From positions 9,609 through 73,608 of the forward strand of contig CAYQMH010000003.1 of NCBI GenBank assembly GCA_964418485.1: a stretch of 64,000 nt of DNA, read 5' to 3'. Position 1 is the first letter of the stretch. Every line of letters starts with the position of its first letter. Positions 37,502-46,580 of this stretch are shown here, piece after piece. The notes below the pieces were generated by a model. The model searched no databases. It saw only the letters and a program-made list of their open reading frames with translations, and was not told the DNA's origin. The position numbers were made by a program, and so were the translations under genes. Origin of the DNA: an uncultured bacterium. GTDB lineage: Bacteria > Hydrothermota > UBA3072.

Positions 37502-39217
37502 ATGATTTTATTGAGTTATCTGTACGCAATAGTTTTTCTTTCTTTAAGTAGTGATATCCTGTGGCCTCTTCTTCGGAGAGAGGGACTCCTTTCGTCTTTT
37601 GGGGAATGGAGGGAAGGGCATCTTCATGCCGGGATCGATCTTCCTACGAAAAGAATAGGCGAGGAGGTTTATTCTGTTGCCGACGGATGGGTGATGAGGG
37701 TAAAAGTTTCTCCCTGGGGTTATGGGAAGGCTGTATATGTGAAAAGTTGGACGGGAGAAACTTACGTTTATGCGCATCTTTCCGGTTTTTTTCTTGATCT
37801 GGATAATAAAGTGCGGAGGGAGCAATTGCTAAGGGGATGCTATGCTGTAGAGATCTGGTTTAAGGAAGGGGAAATACCTGTTAAGGAGGGGGAAGTTATC
37901 GCGTATACGGGGCGTTCCGGGTGCTTTGATCCTCACCTTCATTTTGAATTAAGGGACGAAAATAATAATCCGATTGATCCTTTTCTGCGTGGTTTTACTG
38001 TTCCTGACACCGTTTCGCCTGTTATTAAAGCGGTTCGGTTTATTCCTCTAGACGAGTCTTCAACTATTTTTGGCGCTCATATAGGAAAAGTTCTTAAGGT
38101 CGCTTCTGATACAATTTTGGTTTCTGTGGAAGGGAAAGTAGGAATAGAAATCGAGGTTGTAGATATGGTTAACACACGGTCTGGAAAACTTGGACCTAAA
38201 GAAATCAAATTATATAAAAATGGTTCGCTAATAAGAAGGGAATTTGTAGATAAATTTTCTTACTCTAATTATGAGGATTCCAGGTTTCTTTTTGATTTTG
38301 AATACAGGATGAGAACAGGTAGAAAATTCAGGAGATTGTTTACTATGCCGGGTAATGGATTTCCTTTTTATCAAGGAGACGATGGGATTATAACCGGGGA
38401 TGATACCGGATATTATTTGGTAGAAGTCTATGATGGTTCGGGAAATATTAGCCGTTTGGTCCTTAAGCTGTTGAATTTGGAAGGCGAAAGAAGGTCGGAT
38501 TTAGGCGACCCGGACAGCGTAAAAACAATTTTTGAAACGAATGGTTTTCAGGTTCATGGGAAGTGGTATGATTTGAGAAGAACCAAGGAGTTTTTGAAAT
38601 CAGGTGATTCTATAGCGATATGGAATTTTACAAAGAAAAAGTTTAAAAAAATGCAATCTCCGGATGGTAAATGTCAAATAATTTTAAGGCAGGGGGATAG
38701 AATCAATTCGAAGCTTATAGCGGTTAAAGTGACAACTGGAGAAGAAGTTGCCTGGAGCTGGGAGCCCCCTGTTCCTCTTAAGCGGAAAGTTAAAATAAAA
38801 ATAAAAGTTCCAAAAAGCGAAAAATTCTATTCTTTATATGAAAAGAATAGTAATGGGTGGAGTTTCTGTTCTTCGGATGTGGAGGGGAACTATCTGGTCG
38901 CCTTTGTAGATCATTTAGGTGTTTTTGGTATATTGAAAGACTCTATCTCCCCCGTTGTTTCTTTAGGCAGGAAATATTTTTCCTCAAAGACTCCTCTGCA
39001 AATTAACGCCTGGGATTCACTCTCCGGTGTGGATTTCTATTCTATCAAAACTTTAATCGATGACCAGCAAACCGTCTTCAGATACGACCCTCAGATGAAA
39101 AGATTGATTTTTGAACATCCAGAGGAGATTTCAAAAGGTAAGCACAAATTAAGTGTTTTTTTAAGTGATAAGCAGGGAAACAAAACCTCAGAGGTGTGGG
39201 AAATAGTCAAGAAGTAA
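37502..39217 (+). CDS. M23-family peptidase with C-terminal extension
   Basis: SSFGEWREGHLHAGIDL, YAHL, PHLHFELR. Probable ATG 37502 after TTGCAT-N16-TAAATT. Confidence 0.9.
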   Translation: MILLSYLYAIVFLSLSSDILWPLLRREGLLSSFGEWREGHLHAGIDLPTKRIGEEVYSVADGWVMRVKVSPWGYGKAVYVKSWTGETYVYAHLSGFFLDLDNKVRREQLLRGCYAVEIWFKEGEIPVKEGEVIAYTGRSGCFDPHLHFELRDENNNPIDPFLRGFTVPDTVSPVIKAVRFIPLDESSTIFGAHIGKVLKVASDTILVSVEGKVGIEIEVVDMVNTRSGKLGPKEIKLYKNGSLIRREFVDKFSYSNYEDSRFLFDFEYRMRTGRKFRRLFTMPGNGFPFYQGDDGIITGDDTGYYLVEVYDGSGNISRLVLKLLNLEGERRSDLGDPDSVKTIFETNGFQVHGKWYDLRRTKEFLKSGDSIAIWNFTKKKFKKMQSPDGKCQIILRQGDRINSKLIAVKVTTGEEVAWSWEPPVPLKRKVKIKIKVPKSEKFYSLYEKNSNGWSFCSSDVEGNYLVAFVDHLGVFGILKDSISPVVSLGRKYFSSKTPLQINAWDSLSGVDFYSIKTLIDDQQTVFRYDPQMKRLIFEHPEEISKGKHKLSVFLSDKQGNKTSEVWEIVKK

Positions 39218-39324
39218 AATTCTTTAGCGGGAGGCGGATAGCGTTGGGGGAATGGGGGTGTGGTGGTAATGAGGCTCTTGACAACACAATTTTTTTATGT
39301 ATCCTAATTTCAAATGGAGGATTG

Positions 39325-40719
39325 ATGTTAACGGTAGAAAAAATTGGTGGAGTTTCAATGTCGAAATTCCAGGATGTATTAAAAAATATAATAATTGGTA
39401 ATCGTGAGGAAGGAGATTATTATAACAGGATTTTTGTGGTTTCTGCTTACGAAGATGTTACCAATTGGCTTCTGGAACATAAGAGAACCGGTGAGCCCGG
39501 TGTTTATGCTAAATTTGTAGAACAGGGCAATTACGATCAAGCTCTGGAGTCAGTGTGTGAAAAATTGCTGAAAATAAACAGAAATTTTATTGATATTGGA
39601 TTAGAGCTTGAAATTGCCGATAATTTTATAAAAAATCGAATTCAGGAAGCAAGGAATTATCTCCATAACATGGCCAATGTTTTGGCTTCGGGGTACCTTG
39701 ACAAGGACAGTATTTTGCTCGCCGCGCGTGAAGTTTTAGCTTCCATAGGAGAAGCTCATTCGGCTTTTAACTCGGTTAATATTCTCCAGAACAACAATAT
39801 CAATTCGACTTTTGTTGATTTATGTGGTTTTGACGATTCCGAATTGTTAAGTATTGACCAAAGAATACATAAAAAATTAAAAGGGATAGATTTTTCTAAG
39901 ACTTTAGCTGTCGCTACCGGTTATACTAAAGGAACTGAAGGTATTATGAGAGAATTCGATAGAGGATATTCAGAGGTTACTTTCAGCAAGATTGCGGTTG
40001 AGGTTGGCGCAACTGAGGCGGTTATTCATAAGGAATTTCATCTTTCTTCTGCCGATCCTGAAGTCGTGGGTGAAGATAAAGCAATTCCTGTTGGATATAC
40101 TAATTTTAACGTGGCGGATCAGCTTGCAGATATAGGAATGGAAGCTATTCATCCGAAAGCGTCCAAGCCTATTGAGATGGCAGGAATAAGTATAAGGGTA
40201 AAGAATACTTTTGAGCCCGAACATGAAGGAACGCTCATTACTAAGGATTATGTGGGCGAAAAGTCAAGGGTAGAAGTGATTTCTGGTAGTGATAAAGTGG
40301 TCGTTATAGAAGTCCACGACCCGCTTATGGTGGGTACGGTTGGTGCGGATCTTGAATTGATGGAAATTTTTAAGAAGTACGGAATAAGCTACATTTTGAA
40401 AGCAACTGATGCGAATAGCATATCTATGGTAATATGGGAGAAGGACTTAAGCGACGAGATGGTGAATAAGTTGAAGGAGAAGTACTATAGAATTACTGTT
40501 AAAAAAGTGGCTGTTTTGTGTGTCGTTGGGACTAATATCGCAAGTCCCGGCATTCTTGAAAAGACCACGAAATTATTGGCAGATAATAAGGTTAATGTTG
40601 AGTGTGTTTCGCAATCTCTGCAACAGGTAAATATGCAGTTTGTAATCAGTAGAGAAGACTATAAAAAGGCTGTTATTGCTTTGAATAATGCGCTTTGCGT
40701 TGAAGGGCATGAAATTTAA
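39325..40719 (+). CDS. ask: Aspartate kinase, Ask_Ect-like subfamily
   Basis: VEKIGGVSMS, RIFVVSAY..VTNWLLEHKRTGEPGVY, RGYSEVTFS, ADQLADIGMEAIHP, C-terminal ACT domains. True start ATG 39325 after GGAGG. Confidence 0.9.
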   Translation: MLTVEKIGGVSMSKFQDVLKNIIIGNREEGDYYNRIFVVSAYEDVTNWLLEHKRTGEPGVYAKFVEQGNYDQALESVCEKLLKINRNFIDIGLELEIADNFIKNRIQEARNYLHNMANVLASGYLDKDSILLAAREVLASIGEAHSAFNSVNILQNNNINSTFVDLCGFDDSELLSIDQRIHKKLKGIDFSKTLAVATGYTKGTEGIMREFDRGYSEVTFSKIAVEVGATEAVIHKEFHLSSADPEVVGEDKAIPVGYTNFNVADQLADIGMEAIHPKASKPIEMAGISIRVKNTFEPEHEGTLITKDYVGEKSRVEVISGSDKVVVIEVHDPLMVGTVGADLELMEIFKKYGISYILKATDANSISMVIWEKDLSDEMVNKLKEKYYRITVKKVAVLCVVGTNIASPGILEKTTKLLADNKVNVECVSQSLQQVNMQFVISREDYKKAVIALNNALCVEGHEI

Positions 40720-40777
40720 TTAAATTTGCGGTTATGAGCGTTGGCAGTTGTAGGAAAAACGTGGAGAGGAGAGTTAA

Positions 40778-41992
40778 ATGTCTGAAATAAAAAATATAGG
40801 AATTATAACCAGTGGCGGCGACTGCGGTGGTTTGAATGCCGTTGTTCGGGGTGCCGCTTTTATGGCTATGGCAAACGGTGTTTCCGCATATATTATTCCG
40901 AACGGTTACGCAGGATTGTATAATCTTATAGATATGGAGAAATTAGCCAAGTTGAACGAAAGAAGGGTTGACACAATAAATTCGACTCTTGCAGGTTCTG
41001 AAGCCGGGCATTCCAGAGTGAAGATTAAAAAAATACAGAGTGAAGATAAATATAAAAGAATAAAAGAGGGCCTTCTGAAGTTCAATATAGGCGGTTTGGT
41101 TATTTCCGGCGGAGATGATACTGGCAGTGTGGTAGTAGACTTGGCAAATCAGGGTATACCCTGTGTCCACGCGCCCAAAACCATGGATCTTGACCTTCAG
41201 ACTTATTCTGTTGGAGCAGATTCTGCTATTAGCCGGGTTTCGAGTTTTGTATCCGATCTTAAAACTACTGGACAAAGCCACAACAGAGTAATGGTGATTG
41301 AGGTGTTCGGAAGATATGCAGGACATACTGCATTTAGAGGAGGTGTAGGTGCTGATGCGGATTGTATTTTGATTCCGGAAATACCTGTGGATTTCGATGT
41401 TGTATATAAACATATGAAGAAGAATTTAATGCGGAGAATAATCGATAGCGATGTAAATGCCGGTACCTATACAATTGTTGTTGCGGAGGGGATGAAGGAT
41501 GCCTCCGGAGAGGAAATATTTGATGAGAGTCTCGGAGTAGATGCCTTTGGACATAAAAAATTAGCCGGAGCCGGCAGATATGTTCGAAGTCAATTAGAGA
41601 AAAGGTTAAAAGAAGATCCTGAAATAAGGGAATTTATGAAAGAACAGTGGATGTTTGTTCCGGGGCTCTACGAGGTGCCAGAGGTTCGTGACGTTAAACC
41701 TGAGCATCTGGTTCGTTCGGGCAAATCTTCTGCTTTTGATGTAAACTTTGGCATGGAAGCTGGTGCTGGAGCAGTGGTTCTATTGCTTAATGGGATGAGC
41801 GGAGTTACCGTACAGGATGTTAAGAAAGGAAAAATAAGATTTCTCCCCACAGAAAAGGCGATAAAAGAGAGAGATGTGGATCTCGAAATGGTTTCTTTTT
41901 ACGAAAAGCTTGGGTTTTGTTTTGGAAGAAAGCCTCATGCATTCCGAATAGAATTTGAAGAGAATAAGGGGAAAATAGAACGCCATCTTTAG
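40778..41992 (+). CDS. pfp: 6-phosphofructokinase, probably PPi-dependent
   Basis: TSGGDCGGLN, GGDDT, PKTMDLD, IEVFGRYAG. Confidence 0.88.
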   Translation: MSEIKNIGIITSGGDCGGLNAVVRGAAFMAMANGVSAYIIPNGYAGLYNLIDMEKLAKLNERRVDTINSTLAGSEAGHSRVKIKKIQSEDKYKRIKEGLLKFNIGGLVISGGDDTGSVVVDLANQGIPCVHAPKTMDLDLQTYSVGADSAISRVSSFVSDLKTTGQSHNRVMVIEVFGRYAGHTAFRGGVGADADCILIPEIPVDFDVVYKHMKKNLMRRIIDSDVNAGTYTIVVAEGMKDASGEEIFDESLGVDAFGHKKLAGAGRYVRSQLEKRLKEDPEIREFMKEQWMFVPGLYEVPEVRDVKPEHLVRSGKSSAFDVNFGMEAGAGAVVLLLNGMSGVTVQDVKKGKIRFLPTEKAIKERDVDLEMVSFYEKLGFCFGRKPHAFRIEFEENKGKIERHL

Positions 41993-42022
41993 ATTTTAAG
42001 AAGATGGTAACGAGGAGGGAAA

Positions 42023-42271
42023 ATGTCTAAAATAATCGTATATTCGACTCCCAGTTGTCCCTATTGTAGTCTCGTTAAAGATTATTTGAAAGAGAAAGAT
42101 GTTGAGTTTGAGGAAAAGGATATTTCTAAGGACAGAGTAGCGGCCCGGCAAATGATTGAAAAATCCGGAGAGATGGGTGTTCCTCAAATTGATATTGACG
42201 GAACGATTATAGTTGGTTTTAACAGAGATGCTATAGATAAAGAATTGGGGAGGATAGATGGCGATTTTTGA
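42023..42271 (+). CDS. Glutaredoxin-like protein (YruB family), second paralog
   Basis: CPYC, GEMGVPQI, IVGFN. Confidence 0.92.
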   Translation: MSKIIVYSTPSCPYCSLVKDYLKEKDVEFEEKDISKDRVAARQMIEKSGEMGVPQIDIDGTIIVGFNRDAIDKELGRIDGDF

Positions 42272-42731
42272 AGCAAAGGAGATTTTTAAGTTTGCTATAA
42301 AGATTGAGGAAAACGGTGAGAAATTCTATCGATTTGCAAGTAATTTGGCAAATGATGAAGAAACAAAAAAGATATTTAATTATCTTGGAGATGAAGAGGT
42401 AAAGCATAAAAAAACTTTTACTAAGTTACTTTCTGAAGTCACTAAAGATGTGTCTTTTGAGAATTACTCCGATGAGTACTTTGATTATTTGAAGTATTAT
42501 GTTGATAATGTTATTTTTACCGAGGAGCAGTTAGAAAAACAACAGAAAGAAGTGGAAGATGTTATCTCCGCTATCAAATTTGCCATGCAAAAAGAGTTGG
42601 ATTCGGTTCTTTACTATCACGAAATGGAGAAATTCGTGACTTCAAAGCAGAAGGATCTTTTAGAAGAAATAATCACAGAAGAACGAAAACATTACACGAA
42701 ACTATCGGAGATGAAAGAAAATTTGAAGTAA
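42258..42731 (+). CDS. Ferritin-like / rubrerythrin-domain protein
   Basis: AIKIEENGEKFY, EEVKH, AMQKELDSVLYY, EERKH di-iron ligand pattern. Confidence 0.9.
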   Translation: MAIFEAKEIFKFAIKIEENGEKFYRFASNLANDEETKKIFNYLGDEEVKHKKTFTKLLSEVTKDVSFENYSDEYFDYLKYYVDNVIFTEEQLEKQQKEVEDVISAIKFAMQKELDSVLYYHEMEKFVTSKQKDLLEEIITEERKHYTKLSEMKENLK

Positions 42732-42732
42732 C

Positions 42733-43527
42733 TTGATAGAAAAAAAAGGTTCTTTTTCACTAAGAGTTATAGTTTTAGGCTCGGGAAGTTGTGTCCCTTC
42801 CTTTCAAAGATATCCGGCTTCTTATTTTTTCTTCCCGACAGATTTGAAAGAAAATTGGCTTATAGATATAGGCGAAGGAGCCCTTTTTCGCCTTAAGGAA
42901 GCGGAAGAATCTTATAAGGAAATAGACAGAATTTTTATAAGCCACACTCATCCTGATCATATTGGAGCTCTTGTCCCTTTACTTCTTGCTTTGAATTATA
43001 CTCCGGGTTTCAAGCGGAAAAAACCTTTATTTATATATGGTTCTGAAGATGTCAGGGAATACCTTCGGATGAATCAAGATTTTGCGCCTTACCTTAAGTG
43101 TAATTTTCCTCTGGAATTTATTTCTGTTTCCCAGGATAAGGAAGTTAAAGTCAGGAATAGTTCATTTATGACGAAAAAGATGAAACATTTTGACCCTACG
43201 TTGGGGTACAGATGGAATATCGGTAATCGCATTGTTGTTTACGGAGCGGACGGTGGTTTTTCGGAGGAATTGATTCAGCTTTCGGAAGATGCAGATTTTC
43301 TAATTTTAGAAAGTTCTTATCCTAAAGATAAACCCATTCCCGGACATCTGACAACGTTGGAAGCCGGAGAAGTTGCGAGAAAAGCAGGAGCTAAACGATT
43401 AATGCTGACACATTTTTATCCTGGGGTTGCCGAAATGAGCGAAGAAGAAATAAAAACACAAGCGAGATCTTCCGGTTACGAAGGTGAGATTATTTTAGCA
43501 AAGGATTTGATGGCGCTGGAAATATAA
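42733..43527 (+). CDS. MBL-fold metallohydrolase (RNase Z/BN-like)
   Basis: VLGSGS, LIDIGEG, SHTHPDH, YGADG, GHLT, LTHFYP. Confidence 0.88.
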   Translation: MIEKKGSFSLRVIVLGSGSCVPSFQRYPASYFFFPTDLKENWLIDIGEGALFRLKEAEESYKEIDRIFISHTHPDHIGALVPLLLALNYTPGFKRKKPLFIYGSEDVREYLRMNQDFAPYLKCNFPLEFISVSQDKEVKVRNSSFMTKKMKHFDPTLGYRWNIGNRIVVYGADGGFSEELIQLSEDADFLILESSYPKDKPIPGHLTTLEAGEVARKAGAKRLMLTHFYPGVAEMSEEEIKTQARSSGYEGEIILAKDLMALEI

Positions 43528-43636
43528 AAAAAAAGAAGTTAGAAGTTGGAAGTTAGAATATAGAATCCCATCCCCATCCACAAAAAAAACTACAAATATT
43601 TTTACTTGAATCCTGGAAACCTTGAAACCTCGATCC
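43528..43636. repeat. Short tandem heptamer/octamer repeats between convergent genes
   Basis: AGAAGTT AGAAGTT GGAAGTT AGAATAT AGAAT; then TTGAATCC TGGAAACC TTGAAACC TCGATCC. Confidence 0.65.
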
Positions 43637-44623
43637 CTAATCCTTAGATTTATTTAATGCTTTGATGTATTGTAGGCGTTCGTAAAGTTCGGGTTTATCA
43701 CTTTCTTTTTTGCTGAGTTTTCCTCTGAAATCCTCAATACTTTCGTAATTGTGTTCATTCATCCAATGCTTAATTTCTTCTAATATTTCTTCGATATATT
43801 CGAGGCCGTTTTTGTATAATGTCGAGCACACCTCAACCGCTTTTGCACCTGCCAGAAGCTGTTTTATTACATCGCTGCCTTTATGTATTCCTGTGGTTGC
43901 TGCGAAATCAGAGGGAATTCGGCTCGATAGAAGAGCTATCCATCGTAAACTGTTACTGATTTCATTAGGAGAACTTGACGGATTACCTCCTGTTGTTTTA
44001 AGATTTTCGATGTCGATATCAAACTGATAGAAACGGTTGAACAGAACTAAACCTTTTACTCCACTCTTTACGAAATCATTGAGTATCTTTGCAATTGATG
44101 TGAAGTAGGGTCCAATTTTAACTGCTAAAGGTAAGTTGATTTCGGCTAAAACTCCTTCTAAAATGTCTATATATACCTGCTCTATTTCTTCACTTTTTCT
44201 TTTTAAGTCGCTCGGAAGTAAAGAAATGTTGAGTTCGAGAGCGTCGGCTCCCGAGAGTTCGAGTTGTTTTGCATAATCAATCCACCATTTTGGGGAAATG
44301 CAATTGAGACTTGCAATTATTGGAATCGAAGTATCTTTTTTTGCTTCACTTATCAAGTTTAAATATGTGCTCGGACCGTTAGACATACTCATCCCCCGGA
44401 CATACTCAAAAGCCTCCGTATGATTTGGTAGCCAGCTGCCAGCTATTAATTCCGCTGTCTCCGTTTCTATTTGTTCTTCGAAAAGAGATTTTAATACAAC
44501 AGCTCCTGCACCGGCTTCTTCGCATTTCTTTATGTTTTCGATGTTGGAAGTCAAATCACAGCTTGCAACAATTAAAGGGTTCTTTAATTCGATACCCATA
44601 TATACAGTGGAGATATTTGCCAT
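43637..44623 (-). CDS. Dihydroorotate dehydrogenase-like FMN protein
   Basis: LKNPLIVASC, GAGAVVLKSLFEEQI, PIIASLN, LELNI, LVLFNRF, DVIKQLLAGA. Confidence 0.88.
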   Translation of the reverse strand: MANISTVYMGIELKNPLIVASCDLTSNIENIKKCEEAGAGAVVLKSLFEEQIETETAELIAGSWLPNHTEAFEYVRGMSMSNGPSTYLNLISEAKKDTSIPIIASLNCISPKWWIDYAKQLELSGADALELNISLLPSDLKRKSEEIEQVYIDILEGVLAEINLPLAVKIGPYFTSIAKILNDFVKSGVKGLVLFNRFYQFDIDIENLKTTGGNPSSSPNEISNSLRWIALLSSRIPSDFAATTGIHKGSDVIKQLLAGAKAVEVCSTLYKNGLEYIEEILEEIKHWMNEHNYESIEDFRGKLSKKESDKPELYERLQYIKALNKSKD

Positions 44624-44641
44624 ATTTGCCTCCTTGTAATT

Positions 44642-45172
44642 TTATTTATGTTCTTTTATTATTTTTTTCGCCTTTTCTATTGCAGCATTATAAAAATCAT
44701 GCTTCATTTCTGGTATTTCTTCAAAGTCAAAAAATTTAGCATCCGCAGCATCATCGCTAGCTTTGATATTCCCTTTCGTTATTCTGACGAGAAAAATTAT
44801 TACAACAAGACTTCCGTATATTTCTACGTTTTGGCTGTAAACACCTAATAAGTCTATTATTTCGCCTTTTAAAGAAGTTTCTTCATAGAGTTCCCTTAAC
44901 GCTGTTTCTTCCGCTTTCTCTCCTGCTTCCATAAATCCCGAAGGAGGCGCCCATGAACCTTTGGAAGGTTCTATTCCTCTTTTAATTAACGCTATTTTGT
45001 TTTCTTGTATACCTATGATGGATACGCAGGGAAGAGGATTTTTGTAATAAACGAAACCGCAGAAATGGCAATTTTTTCGCATTTTACCCTCAACAAAATT
45101 AACCTGAAGTTTATTCCCGCATATGGGACAATAAACGAACTCTCTTTTGGGAATATTCTCATTTTTTGTCAT
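44642..45172 (-). CDS. NUDIX hydrolase with N-terminal zinc ribbon
   Basis: YCPICG...CHFCG; GFMEAGEKAEETALRELYEET Nudix box. Upstream TTGACT-N16-TAATTT-N6-ATG. Confidence 0.92.
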   Translation of the reverse strand: MTKNENIPKREFVYCPICGNKLQVNFVEGKMRKNCHFCGFVYYKNPLPCVSIIGIQENKIALIKRGIEPSKGSWAPPSGFMEAGEKAEETALRELYEETSLKGEIIDLLGVYSQNVEIYGSLVVIIFLVRITKGNIKASDDAADAKFFDFEEIPEMKHDFYNAAIEKAKKIIKEHK

Positions 45173-45271
45173 GAAATCAAATTAAGGTTTTAGGTAATTA
45201 AGTCAAGAAGTGAAAACCCTGAGAGCTTTGGACTTCTAAGCTTAGTCACTTAGTCTTTTTACCCAGGTTGT

Positions 45272-46180
45272 TTATTTCTTGTTCCAGGCAAAGCCGACAT
45301 ATAGACCTATCCCCGAATCGTAATAAGGATAGTTTATAATGCGTGTATACCTTGTACCTATTATGTAGCTGAAGTCATAGTGTCTGAAGAGGATTACTCC
45401 GCCGGCTGCCAGAAATGTTAAACCGTCTCTTCTAAAAGAAGGCCCAAAGCCAAAACCGGGTCCGCCTCCTATGAAAAAGGAATGGTTTGCCCTTGCATCA
45501 CTAATATAGTAAAAAGGAAGATATATTTGAGCTCCTCTATCGATATGCTGTGTTCTTATGAAAATTTCTGTCGCGACGTGAGGAGAAAGGAAGTACATGT
45601 AGCTTAGATCCAGGTCGAAAACTTTCTGCACGGAACCTGCGTCATCCGGAGTTTTGTAAGAGCTATCTCCAAGAGCATAAAAATATCCGGCCCTAAAGGA
45701 AAGGAAAGAACTGACGTTCTTTCTCCAGTTTATTATTTTGTATTCGGGTAACTCGTATATTTGTTTTTTCTCCGCATAGGCTTCGGCAAAATCTTCAAGA
45801 AGTTCTTCGATATTATTAAGAGAGTAAACAGATTTTTGTGTCGAATAATTGATTATTCCGGTCTCGGTAGAAGTTTCCTTTATCTCAATTAAAGTTTTAC
45901 CTCCAGGCATTTTGCTTAAGACTCCGTATAAGACTTTATCCGCGTTTGCTTTCCTACCTTCTTCCATCGCGCAGAAAGGTGTAGAGCAAAACTTGTAGCT
46001 TTCCATAACGATAGTATTCTTCAGCCTTCCGCGAACTTCATTTTTAAAGAAATTGGAATATACGTTGAGGTCGAGAGGTTCCGTCTCCAAATCGACACTT
46101 CCGAAGTTTAATATGAGAAGTCTTTCCTGTCCAAATACGCATAAAGAAAAGATAAATAAAAAAATCAAAATCTTTTTCAC
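45272..46180 (-). CDS. Exported protein: CsgG/TolB-N-like domain plus small C-terminal beta-barrel
   Basis: GTG 46180 after GGAGGT; signal peptide; CAMEEGRKANADKVLYG; alternating beta-strands ending YVGFAW. Confidence 0.55.
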   Translation of the reverse strand: MKKILIFLFIFSLCVFGQERLLILNFGSVDLETEPLDLNVYSNFFKNEVRGRLKNTIVMESYKFCSTPFCAMEEGRKANADKVLYGVLSKMPGGKTLIEIKETSTETGIINYSTQKSVYSLNNIEELLEDFAEAYAEKKQIYELPEYKIINWRKNVSSFLSFRAGYFYALGDSSYKTPDDAGSVQKVFDLDLSYMYFLSPHVATEIFIRTQHIDRGAQIYLPFYYISDARANHSFFIGGGPGFGFGPSFRRDGLTFLAAGGVILFRHYDFSYIIGTRYTRIINYPYYDSGIGLYVGFAWNKK

Positions 46181-46271
46181 GGGATACCTCCTATTTTTCG
46201 AAATTAATATGTTTTTTTTATTTGTCAATCGAGTTTGCCTACCCCCCATTTTTTTTATTAATTAAGTCGGC

Positions 46272-46435
46272 GAGAATCAGAGGGATTGCCGTCCAGGAAA
46301 GCGTCTCGGAGGGTGAGCGGGCATGGTCTTTTGAAATGCTTGCATTTCAAAAGGAGCGAACCCGAGAGCCGAGTGGCAATTTCCTCGCAGGGGAAATTGA
46401 CCACGTCTTTCTCGGACGGTAATCCCTCTCTTTCT
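46272..46435 (+). ncRNA. Unassigned structured element (ncRNA candidate; a MITE-like element is the alternative)
   Basis: 16-bp closing stem 46279-46294/46414-46429, two internal hairpins (46328-46353, 46374-46403); the non-WC stem pairs I saw are G-U on the + strand; GC-rich island within AT-rich intergenic DNA. Confidence 0.55.
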
Positions 46436-46580
46436 ACGAATATTCGTAAATAGCTTATCCCAGCATGAAATTTCCTATAAGTATTGCGATAACTAACTTT
46501 GGATGATTCGGCGTAAAAATTTTGGGGGAGGCAGTCAATCGAGTATCTTGACATCTATAAATCTTCTTTTATTATATTTT

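Noticed and set aside
39218-39325. Lysine riboswitch upstream of the aspartate kinase
   Set aside because: The promoter (39278-39305) lies only about 20 nt before the start, leaving no room for an aptamer; the G-rich stretch is upstream of the promoter.
46272-46435. Firm assignment as 6S, SRP, RNase P or tmRNA
   Set aside because: No SRP GGAA/AGCAG domain IV, no RNase P GGAAAGUC core, too short for tmRNA, and the 6S central bubble is not evident; left unassigned.
46258-46554. 98-aa minus-strand ORF across the structured element
   Set aside because: No RBS or motifs; the base-pairing pattern explains the region better than coding.
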